Source: an uncultured Oscillospiraceae bacterium
GTDB taxonomy: Bacteria > Bacillota > Clostridia > Oscillospirales > Oscillospiraceae
Length of the DNA: 63,661 nt
Assembly: GCA_947626385.1 (NCBI GenBank)
Contig: CANQSD010000001.1
Coordinates: 1-63,661, forward strand
Direction of reading: 5' to 3'
In this document: one piece after another, positions 8,518-18,700 of the stretch
How positions within the stretch are numbered: position 1 is the first letter of the stretch
Layout: each line of letters begins with the position of its first letter
Program-made: the position numbers and the translations under genes
Notes under the pieces: generated by a model
Databases searched by the model: none
Seen by the model: the letters and a program-made list of their open reading frames with translations, nothing else
What the model was told of the DNA's origin: nothing

Positions 8518-9118
8518 AGTTAACATAACATCCGGTTTTCTTCTGCTCCTCATCGCCGTGACAGTGCTGGCCGGTCCCCGGCGGACGCTGATCGTGGTGG
8601 TCGCCGCGGCGGTCCACGAGCTGGGGCACCTCATTGCCCTGCGGGCGCTGGGGGCGCGTGTGGAGCGCTTTTCCCTCGCGGGAGCGGGGGCGCGGATCGT
8701 GTTCACAAAGCGCCTATCCTATCCCGCCGAGATGGCGGCGGCGCTGTCTGGGCCTCTGGCGGGGGCCATGCTCACGGGGCTTTCCCTGTGGGCGGGGCGG
8801 CGGTGGGGCGGAGATTTTCTCCTGGAGCTTGCGGCGGTGAGCGCCCTTTATACCGCCGTGAACCTGGTGCCGGCCTCTGTCACCGACGGCGGGCGGGCGC
8901 TGGAGGCGGTGGTGAGCCTCCTCTTCGGCCCGGACGCGGCGTGGGGCGTGGGTCTTGCGCTGGATATCCTGTGCGTGACGGCGGCCTTTATCGGCGGGTG
9001 CGCCCTTCTTTTTCGCCCGGCCGGCAGCGCGGCGGGCCTATTCTACGCGGTTTTTCTCCTGAACGGCTGTTGCAAAAAGCGGAGGTTTGGTGTAAAATCT
9101 AAAATGGGACATGGTTAG
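8507..9118 (+). CDS. M50 family site-2 metalloprotease, SpoIVFB-like (short, no CBS domain)
   Basis: HELGH within a TM segment and NLVPASVTDGG (the NxxPxxxLDG-type motif). ATG 8507 overlaps the upstream stop by 11 nt. Confidence 0.6.
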   Translation: MSRKVNITSGFLLLLIAVTVLAGPRRTLIVVVAAAVHELGHLIALRALGARVERFSLAGAGARIVFTKRLSYPAEMAAALSGPLAGAMLTGLSLWAGRRWGGDFLLELAAVSALYTAVNLVPASVTDGGRALEAVVSLLFGPDAAWGVGLALDILCVTAAFIGGCALLFRPAGSAAGLFYAVFLLNGCCKKRRFGVKSKMGHG

Positions 9119-9146
9119 CCCCCATCTTTCCACCGGGAGGGACCCT

Positions 9147-10982
9147 ATGACACCAAAGCTCCGGCGCGTCCTGACGCGCGTGCAAAAGCCCGCCCGCTAC
9201 ACCGGCGGGGAATATAACCAGATCGTGAAGGACAAGGCCGCGGTGGACCTGCGCATGGCCTTCTGCTTCCCGGACACCTACGAGATCGGCATGTCCAACT
9301 TAGGCCTCCAGATCCTCTACGGCACCATCAACGCCGAGCCCGGCATGTGGTGCGAGCGGTGCTTCGCCCCCTGGGGGGACATGGAGGAGGAGCTGCGCCG
9401 GGAGGGCATCCCCCTTTATGCCCTGGAGAGCGGCGACCCTCTCACGGCGTTTGACGCCATCGGCTTCTCCCTGGGCTACGAAATGGCCTATACCTCCGTC
9501 CTCAATATGCTGGACCTGGCGGGGCTCCCGGTGAGGAGCGCCGACCGGACGGCCCTTACGCCCCTTGTCTTCGCCGGCGGCACCTCCTGCGTCAATCCTG
9601 AGCCCATGGCGGACTTCATGGACCTCTTCGTCCTGGGCGAGGGGGAGGAGCTGGACGTTGAGCTTCTGCGCCTTTTGCGGAAGGCCAAGGGGGAGAACTG
9701 GACCAAGGACGAATTTCTGCGCCGTGTCATGGACATCCCCGGCGTCTATGTGCCGCGCTTTTATACCCCCGTATACAACGACAACGGGACCCTTTCCCGC
9801 GTGGACCGGGAGCCTTGCACGCCGGAGACGGTGCGCAAGCGCGTCGTCGAGGACCTGGACACCGCCTTTTTCCCCACCAAATGCGTCGTCCCCAGCACCG
9901 AGATCGTCCACGACCGGGTGGTGCTGGAGGTCATGCGCGGGTGCATCCGGGGCTGCCGGTTCTGTCAGGCGGGCTTCGTCTACCGCCCCGTGCGGCGGCA
10001 TTCCACCGATTTTCTGCTGGAGAAGGCCAAGGCGGCGCTTTTAAACTCCGGCTATGAGGAGATCACCCTCTCCAGCCTCTCCACCAGCGATTTCAAGGGC
10101 CTGCCGGAGCTTGCCGACGGCCTCCTCGACTGGTGCGAGCCCCGGAAGATCTCCCTGTCCCTGCCGTCTCTTCGGGCGGACAACTTCTCCATGGCCCTCA
10201 TGGAGCGGGTGCAGAAGGTCCGCAAGACGGGCCTCACATTCGCCCCGGAGGCCGGGAGCCAGCGCCTCAGAGACGTGATCAACAAGAACGTCACCGAGGA
10301 GGACGTCCTGCACTCCTGCCGCGTGGCCTTCGAGGGGGGCTGGAACACCTTAAAGCTCTACTTCATGCTGGGCCTGCCCACGGAGACCGACGAGGACGTG
10401 GTCGCCATCGCCCGTCTGGCGGAAAAGGTCCTCCATACCTGGCGGGAGTACGCCAGCAACAAATCCCGCGGCGTGAAGATCACCGTCAGCACCTCCATGT
10501 TCGTGCCCAAGCCACACACGCCCTTTGAGTGGGAGGCCCAGGTGACGGTGGAGGAGTATCTGCGGCGGGTGAAGCTCCTGCGGGAGTCCATCCACTCCCG
10601 CTCCATCGTCTACAACTGGCATGAGCCCCACGTCAGCCTCATCGAGGCCGCCCTGAGCCGGGGCGACCGGCGGATGGGCGCGGTGCTGGAGGAGGTCTGG
10701 AAAACCGGCGGGAGGCTGGACTCCTGGAGCGACTACTTCAGCATGGACCGGTGGCTTGCCGCCTTCCAAACCTGCGGCCTGGACCCGGCCTTCTACGCCC
10801 TGCGGGAGCGGGGGGAGGACGAGCTTTTCCCCTGGGACGTCATCGACGTGGGTGTGCGCAAGAGCTATCTGGCCCGTGAGCGGCGGGAGGCTTACGCCGG
10901 GCGCGTTACCCCGGACTGCCGCGTAAAATGTATGGGCTGCGGCGCGAGCTCCCTTCTGGAGAGGAGGGCGTGCGATGAGTAG
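9147..10982 (+). CDS. Radical SAM protein, TIGR03960-like (B12-binding-like N-domain)
   Basis: CxxxCxxC cluster motif CIRGCRFCQAG and the family-typical N-terminus VQKPARYTGGEYN. GGGAGGG lies upstream of ATG 9147. Confidence 0.8.
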   Translation: MTPKLRRVLTRVQKPARYTGGEYNQIVKDKAAVDLRMAFCFPDTYEIGMSNLGLQILYGTINAEPGMWCERCFAPWGDMEEELRREGIPLYALESGDPLTAFDAIGFSLGYEMAYTSVLNMLDLAGLPVRSADRTALTPLVFAGGTSCVNPEPMADFMDLFVLGEGEELDVELLRLLRKAKGENWTKDEFLRRVMDIPGVYVPRFYTPVYNDNGTLSRVDREPCTPETVRKRVVEDLDTAFFPTKCVVPSTEIVHDRVVLEVMRGCIRGCRFCQAGFVYRPVRRHSTDFLLEKAKAALLNSGYEEITLSSLSTSDFKGLPELADGLLDWCEPRKISLSLPSLRADNFSMALMERVQKVRKTGLTFAPEAGSQRLRDVINKNVTEEDVLHSCRVAFEGGWNTLKLYFMLGLPTETDEDVVAIARLAEKVLHTWREYASNKSRGVKITVSTSMFVPKPHTPFEWEAQVTVEEYLRRVKLLRESIHSRSIVYNWHEPHVSLIEAALSRGDRRMGAVLEEVWKTGGRLDSWSDYFSMDRWLAAFQTCGLDPAFYALRERGEDELFPWDVIDVGVRKSYLARERREAYAGRVTPDCRVKCMGCGASSLLERRACDE

Positions 10983-11625
10983 ACTCCTTTTCAAAAAGAC
11001 GGGCCGGGCGGTGTTCATCTCGCACCTGGACCTCATGCGTACCATGCAGCGGGTCTTCCTCCGGGCGGGCCTGCCCATCCGGCACACGGAGGGCTTCAAC
11101 CCCCACCCTTATATGAATTTCGCCCTGCCCCTCAGTGTGGGGACGGAGAGCGTCTGCGAGCTCATGGACTTTGAGCTCACGAAAAGTTTCGACCCCGCCG
11201 CCCTGCCGGCACTTTTGAACGAGGTGAGCCCTGAGGGCATCGAGGCCGCGGCGGTCTATGAGTCCCCGAGAAAATTTAAAGACATCAAATGGCTTGACAT
11301 TGAGGCAAGATTGTTTTACGATAAGAGGACGTGGATGGGGGAGGCCCTGCGGGACTTCTACGCCGCCCCGGAGGTGGTCATCGAGAAGAAGACCAAGCGC
11401 TCCACGGCGCGGGTGGACGTCAAGCCCCTCATCGCCGCACTGGAGATATCCGACGAGGCGGAGAACGTGACGCTCCTGCGGGCGCGTCTGGCGGCCCAGG
11501 ACCCGGCGCTTTCGCCGGCCCAGCTTCTCTCCGCCCTCACCCAGCTTGCCCCGGAGCTCGCGCCGGATGACGCGGCCTTCCGGAGGATAGAGGTCTATGA
11601 CAAGGACATGGTCCTGTTCAGATAG
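10975..11625 (+). CDS. TIGR03936/DUF2344 radical-SAM-associated protein
   Basis: Signature FISHLDLMRTMQRVFLRAGLPIRHTEGFNPHP. Overlaps the radical SAM gene by 8 nt. Confidence 0.75.
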   Translation: MSRLLFKKTGRAVFISHLDLMRTMQRVFLRAGLPIRHTEGFNPHPYMNFALPLSVGTESVCELMDFELTKSFDPAALPALLNEVSPEGIEAAAVYESPRKFKDIKWLDIEARLFYDKRTWMGEALRDFYAAPEVVIEKKTKRSTARVDVKPLIAALEISDEAENVTLLRARLAAQDPALSPAQLLSALTQLAPELAPDDAAFRRIEVYDKDMVLFR

Positions 11626-11643
11626 AGAATGGAGGAGCCCACT

Positions 11644-12624
11644 ATGGAATCAAAAGTGAAGAGGATAGGCGTTCTCACCTCCGGCGGCGACGCGCCGGGG
11701 ATGAACTCCGCCATACGCGCCGTGGCTCGCACCGCCCACAGCCTGGGAGTCGAGTGCATCGGCATCCGCCGGGGCTACCACGGCCTTATTACCGGGGATA
11801 TGGAGCCGCTGACGCCCCAGGACGTCTCCGGCATTACCTCCCTCGGCGGCACCATCCTGTATACCGCCAGGTCCGCCGAGTTCCGCACGCCGGAGGGCGT
11901 CCAGCGGGCGGCGGATATCTGCCGCTTCCGGGGCATCGACGGTCTGGTGTGCGTCGGCGGCGACGGCACCTTCCGGGGGGCGCTGGAGCTTTCCAAATAC
12001 GGCATCAGCGTCTGCGGCATCCCCGCCACCATCGATAACGACATCGCCTGCACCAACTACACCATCGGCTTCGATACCGCCTGCAACACCGCCATCGAAT
12101 GCATCGACAAGCTCAACGACACCATGAAGTCCCACGAGCGCTGCTCCGTGGTGGAGGTCATGGGCAACCGGGCCGGGTATTTGGCGCTCTATGTGGGCCT
12201 GGCCGTGGGCGCCACCGCCGTGCTGGTCCCCGAGAAGCCCATCGACTACAAGGAGGACGTGATCCGTCCCATCCGGGAAGGACAGCTCCACGGGCGCACC
12301 AACTACGCCGTCATCGTGGCGGAGGGCGCCGCCCACGCCACCACCGTGGCCAAGATCATCAACGAGGAGACGGGCATGGATACCCGCGCCACCGTCATCG
12401 GCCACGTCCAGCGCGGCGGCCGCCCCTCCGTGCGCGACCGCGTCCTGGCCGCCGACTTCGGTTACACCGCCGTCCAGGTCCTGGCCCAGGGCATGACCAA
12501 CAAGGTCATCTGCTATGACGGGCAGAAGATGTTCGATATGGACATCGTGGACGCCTTGCAGATGAAAAAGGACCTGGGCGAGCACAGCTACGGCCTTCTG
12601 AAGTCCCTCCACTCCGGCACCTGA
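11644..12624 (+). CDS. pfkA: ATP-dependent 6-phosphofructokinase
   Basis: RIGVLTSGGDAPGMN, GGDGTFRGA, TIDNDI, GHVQRGG. RBS GGAGGA precedes ATG 11644. Confidence 0.9.
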   Translation: MESKVKRIGVLTSGGDAPGMNSAIRAVARTAHSLGVECIGIRRGYHGLITGDMEPLTPQDVSGITSLGGTILYTARSAEFRTPEGVQRAADICRFRGIDGLVCVGGDGTFRGALELSKYGISVCGIPATIDNDIACTNYTIGFDTACNTAIECIDKLNDTMKSHERCSVVEVMGNRAGYLALYVGLAVGATAVLVPEKPIDYKEDVIRPIREGQLHGRTNYAVIVAEGAAHATTVAKIINEETGMDTRATVIGHVQRGGRPSVRDRVLAADFGYTAVQVLAQGMTNKVICYDGQKMFDMDIVDALQMKKDLGEHSYGLLKSLHSGT

Positions 12625-12765
12625 CTTTTGGTGTCTCAATCACGATCGGTCCGGCGGAACCTTCGGTAACTGAAGCCCCGTTAACCGATACATAAGAACA
12701 ACACCTACGTCCGGGGGGTGGGCCTTTCGGCCTGCCCCCCGGTCAACGTGTAAAGGAGAATTTAC

Positions 12766-15700
12766 ATGAAGTTACAACTAAAGCGCTTTGCCACATTATC
12801 TTTAGCGATTTACATGGTGATATCGCTTTTGCCAATGGCTGCTTTTGCCGCAACGGCGGAGGCAAGCGGTGACTTGGATGGGCTGTTTACCGAGCTGCCG
12901 GAGGGGTGGAGCTTTACATCTCAGGTGGGTAGTGCCGGCTATGGCACTGGGAAGGAAGGTGGAGAATGGAAGAAATCTGATATCAAACACAACGGAAACA
13001 CAGTATGGGAGAGCGTCTCGGAATTATCGGATACGCCAAATGCGGCGACTGCCTCCTGGATAACGCCTTCGAATACAGATAAAGAGTATTATGTATCTTT
13101 CGAATACGCTTTTTTCAAAGGTGCAGACAGCACGGCTGAATTCAGTTTCGGCCAAAGCTCCAACAATAGATTGAACTCCCTGTCTAACAAGGGAACGCCA
13201 ATGGAGGATGTTACTGGCCCGGAAGAGCTGGAGAGCGTTACATGGCAGACAGCCAATGTTGCTGTGCCTGCTGGTCGCGGAATCGGGTTGCTCCACAAGC
13301 TGAATGGCGCTGCCGGAGGCAGGGAAAAGGTCTATGTTTCCAATTTTAAGGTCTATGATGAATTACCGCAGGAATGGAAAGCTACCGTCAAGGTGACGGT
13401 GACCACAGACCATCTCGACCTGTCAAACTTCACATATGTGACCGGCGGCAACGGCAACATACAAATTAAAGAGGACACCCAATTCCCGATCACCCTTGAA
13501 ACCACTGTAGACAAGACGGTGACAGTGGGGCTGGTAAAGCTCAAACAATACGTAGACTTTATAAATTGGGAGACAAACATTCCCGAGGGCGAGTGGACAT
13601 CCACGGACAGCAGCGGTTTTTCCTGGAAAGTGAGCAAGGGGGGAACATACTACATTACCCTGCGCACTGAAAAACACGCACCGGCCACCCTGCCCGGCAC
13701 CATCCAACTGCTCAAACAAGAGGGAGACGCATGGGAGCCTGTTCAAATCAAGGGCTGTGGAAATCAGACTGTCACCTCGCTTCCATCTGACGCGTTCTCG
13801 AATTATTGGTGGTATGACTGGACCTGCGGGACCGATAACGGCCAGAAGCTGCGGTTGCAGTATTCAGGGACCGCCGAGAACACCGAGGTAAAACTGTACG
13901 ATGACGAAAAGCCCGTTGAGGTCCAGGTCGGAGAGGACGGGGCGTCCTACTATGAGATTGCGCCCAACGACACCGAGCACCTGTTGAAGATGGTCGTGAC
14001 CTCCTCGGAGGAGGGTTCCGTAGAATCCGCAGTAACGCTCCTGCTGTGGCCGACCATGACCTGGGAGCAGGCATTTGGTGAACAGATTGAGGATCTTATC
14101 GTTACTGAAGGTAATTCCGCCAGGACTTTGCGACGCAAACCGGACGCATTGGCACGCTTGGAAAGTCTTACTTTATTAACGGATACTTTATCGTTTGAAT
14201 TTAACTCTAAGCTGCCTGAAACAATTGAGATAGAGGGTGAACAGAAGCCGATCCGCGATGAATCGCATCAGAATATTTTCACCTCACAAGTCTTTGACAA
14301 GGTAATTTCAATCGATAGAGAAGTAAGATTTACCGCAAAGAAGCCTGGCATTATTTCATTTGATTATCTTGTTACGGATGGCGCAAGCTTGTATTCAAAA
14401 TACCAGGTGAAGGATGCTGAAATCTATCAATATACAAATGATTTAACCGTAAACAGCACCAATGACGGGAGAGAAAATGTTTATTGGACACATCACGAAT
14501 ATATTATTCCGGCGGTTGGTGACTCTTATTATTTCGAATCATTACCTTCAAAACCCGATGGTTTTGCTGCAATCACGAATCTGAAATTCCTTTCAGAACC
14601 GAAGTCAATAACCTTTTCGCAGGAGGGCGCCGACGGCACCATTTCGGTCCCGGAGGGCAGCACCTTCTATGTCGGTCAGACACTTGACCTGGTCGCGTCG
14701 CCGGCTGACACATCAGTGTTCTTAGGCTGGTATGACGGTGAAGGCAAGCTCCTCACCCTCTCTATCACCTATTCCCTCCAAATCAAAAGCAGTACCCCCG
14801 GAACCATCACGGCAAAGTTTGGGGAAAAAGCTGATAATGTGGCGCAGATCGGGACAACGCTTTATACCACACTGGACGATGCGCTGTCTGCCGCCGCTTC
14901 CGGTGTGGACAAAACAGTCAAGATTGTCGCCAAGGACCTGAAAATCGAGAAGGACACGGCCATCCCGGCTGGGGTTACGGTCGTTCTGCCCTGCTCCGCC
15001 AGTGACATGGGCTATTTGGTGGGTGACGGAATAAATCGCTCCCCCGACGGCACGGCTCTGAGTCCCGCTACCGGCAAGAACATCACCAATACCTACTGTA
15101 TCCTGACCGTGGCAGATGGACGGACTCTCACAATAAAGGGCACCCTTCTCGTCAATGCCGAGGTAGGCCGTCCCGGCGGCGGCCACTACGACCAGGACGT
15201 GAACGGCGGCTGTGCCGTGGTACAGCTTTCGCCGGGCAGCAAGATCGTCGTGGAGAGCGGTGGCCTGCTGGACGTTTTCGGATATGTGAAGGGCACCGGC
15301 ACCGTCACCGTCAAGAGCGGCGGCACAGCCTCGGACCTCTACGTAGTCCGCAATTGGCGCGGCGGCTCCCAGGCGTTCGCCATATACCCCCTTGTCTACC
15401 CCATGAACCAGGAGGATATGCACAACATCGAGGTAGAAACGGTAGTTGAAAACGGCGGCAGGCTTGAGGGCAGCGTGAGAATGTATGCCGGCGGCTATTT
15501 CAGCTATACAAGGTTTCCGCAGGACGACGGGACGAACGGGCTGATCCGCGGCGGCACGGTTACCAAGACGTTGACGCCCAAGGGAGAAAAATATGAGTCC
15601 CGCGAGAAAATAGTTCTGAACGGTACCGGAAACATCTCCTACAGCGCCCTTATGATCGTCGGTCTGGAGATGAGCACCGGCGACTTCCTGTTCCCCATCG

Positions 15701-18700
15701 ACGGCGACATGGATTTTGAGGTCAATGGTACATGGACTATCACAGACCAGCTCAAGTTCATGCCCGGCGCCATCGTCACGCTGAAAGACAGCGCCAATGT
15801 GACGATTTCTGAAAAGACCCAGAGAAGTATAGACAAGAACCAGGACGGGCCCTCTGAACCCATTCAGGGCAACAATGTCGTTTTCTACGACACCACCTTC
15901 ATTGATACCATGAAGGCGCAGATGGCGGATACGAACTATCCCACCGAGAAGCGCGGCGACGCGAAGCTGGTGATGGAGGGCGGCACGACGCTTACGGCAA
16001 ACGGCGCATTTGCCGGCAAGATCGAGATCGCCGAGAGCGCAACGGAAACGCATCCCGCTGTCGTGACCTTCAACGGCGGCGTGGAGGTAAAGTCAAAAGA
16101 GGCAAACGACTACTGCAAGATAGGCGGGGCTTCAAACCCGAACCCGATAAGAGACCTCACCTTCACCGCTGTCATCGACGGCTGTACGGTCGAGTCCGGC
16201 AAGACCTATACCTGCTGGAAAGAGGGTGGTGTTACCGTCATCAAGGCCGCCGAGGACGGCAAGGAGACCAATTCCGTCACGTACAACGGCGATGCCCAGA
16301 AGTGGGCGGATGACAGTGCCGCCTACGAGTACAAGGCCGCGGACGGTCCGTGGGCCGGCGAGGCCAAGAACGCCGGCGAATACTCCGTCCGCAAGGTCAC
16401 CTCGAGCGGCAGCGGATACAAGCTTGTCGAGGTGCTCGGCACGCTGACCGTGAAGCCCATCGTTGCCAAGTTTGCGCTTGACAACGCGAGCCTCACCTAC
16501 ACCGGCGCCGAGCAGACCGTCACCGCGACGGTCACCAACAAGGTTGACGGCGAAGACGTGACCGCCATCCTGACCGGCGACACCGGCACCGACGCGGACA
16601 GCTACACCGCCAAAGTCACCGGCATCACCGGCGAGGGCGCGGAAAACTACACGATCGATGGCGCTACTGTCGAGCTTCCCTGGACCATCGGCAAGGCGCA
16701 GCTGACCCTTACATGGGGCGAGCAGACAGAGTTCACCTATACCGGCAGCGAGCAGTCCGTCACCGCCACGCTTTCCGGCCAGCTGAACGGAGACGCGCTT
16801 ACCGTAACCCTCTCCGGCGATAAGAATACGGACGTCGGGAATTATCAGGCGACGGCGGTTATCGAAGGTGACAAGCTCGGCAGCTACGAAAAGCCGACAA
16901 ACCTCACCCTGGAGTGGAGCATCACCAAGGCCCCGGCACCTGGCATCACCTTCCCAACGGTGACTGAAGAGGTTACCTATGATCCCAATGGCAAGCTGGA
17001 GAATGTAAAGCTCACCGGCGGGAGCGAGGAGTACGGTACATTCGAATGGGCTGAGCCCAATACCGTGCCGGAGGTCGGCAAGTCCTACACAGTGACCTTC
17101 ACACCGAGCAAGAAATCGAAGCAGAACTATGAGGAAATCACTCAGCTCACCGCTCAGGTCGACGCAAACGTCATAAAGGGCGGGCAGGACGCGCCTGTCT
17201 ATGTTACGGCGACGCAGCCCGACCATATTGACGGCAAGGGCTCCATCACCGGCGTGACGACGAACATGGAGTACCAGAAGGACGGCGACGGGGACACTTG
17301 GAAGGATGTCACCGACACGACGATCCCCGACCTTGATCCGGGGACCTACAAAGTGCGGTATAAGGAAAATTCGAACCAGAACGCCAGCCCCGCGACGGAA
17401 GTAACCATCAATGAGTTTAGCCCCGATCAGGAGATCACGCCTTCGGCTGCCATCGATTTCAAGGCCGAAAAGCTCACCGGGCTTACCGCTGGCGGCGAGT
17501 ACAAGATCAATGAGCAGAACGTTACCGCTGACGGCGAAGGGAAGATCGACATTGACGAGGATTGGATCGGTACGACCGTTTCCGTCGTGAGGAAGGGCGA
17601 TGGAGTGAAGACTGAGGACAGCGAGTCTCAGAGCCTGCCCATCCCGAACCGTCCCGCCGCGCCCGAAGGACTTACCGGCGGCTACACCTCCGCGCCCGAG
17701 GGCTCCGACGGCAAGGTGACTGGCCTCACCAACGCTGAGTACGAGTACAAGGCCAGCGACGTGTGGCAGCCCCTCACCGCTGAGACTGAGCTTGCCGCCG
17801 GCACCTATCAGGTGCGCCTCGCCGCTACGGACACCGCGTTTTACGGCGAGGAGACTACCGTCACGATCACCGATCCCACGGTGGAGAAGACCCCGGCCAT
17901 TACCATCGACTACAAGGCAGAGCAGCTCACCGGCTTTGAAGATGGGACCTATACCGTCAACGGCACCCAAATCACCGTTACGGACAAGAAGGCCGACATC
18001 GACCCCGACTGGTTTGGCGCCACGGTGGAGATCGTCAAGAAGGGAACCTCTCCCACAAGCATCGACAGCGAGGCCCAGAGCCTTGAGATCCCCGCCCGTC
18101 CCGCCGCGCCCGGTGTCACCGTCCGGCGTGTCAGCGAGGCAGGCAAGGATAACGGCGGATTTACCGTTACGGATCCCACAGAGGGCAGCGCCTATGAGTA
18201 CAAGAAGGGAGAAAGCGGCGCTTGGACGGATCTGGAAGGCACGAAAGCCGAAAACCTCTCCGAGGGCACCTACTATGTCCGCGTGAAGGCTGCCGATAAC
18301 ACCTTCGCCGGAGAGACCGTCTCCGCGGTTGTCACCCTCAAGGACGGACAGGCCGCGCCGTCCCTCACCGTCACCCAGGCCGCCGCGATCGGCGAGACGG
18401 GGTCCGTCACCGGACTGACCGTCGCCATGGAGTGGAGCGAGCAGGAGAACGGCGTGTATGTCCCGTTCACTGAGGATAAGATCGCGGAGCTTGCCAAGGT
18501 CGAGGGCAGTCTCCACATCTGGGTCCGTCTGTCTGAGACCGAGGACCTGGCCCACAGCCCGGCGGTGGAGGTCAACATCCGGAAGTTCGTGCCTGAGACC
18601 ATGGAGACGCCCACAGATATTTCCATCGACTACACAAATGAGACGCTGACCAATCTCACCGAGGGCGCCTACAAGGTCACCGTGGACGGTCAGGAAAGCA

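Noticed and set aside
12711-12742. The hairpin CCGGGGGGTGGGCC-TTTC-GGCCTGCCCCCCGG as the pfkA terminator.
   Set aside because: No T-run follows (the next bases are TCAACGTG), so it cannot be called an intrinsic terminator. It is kept only as a remark within the giant-gene finding.
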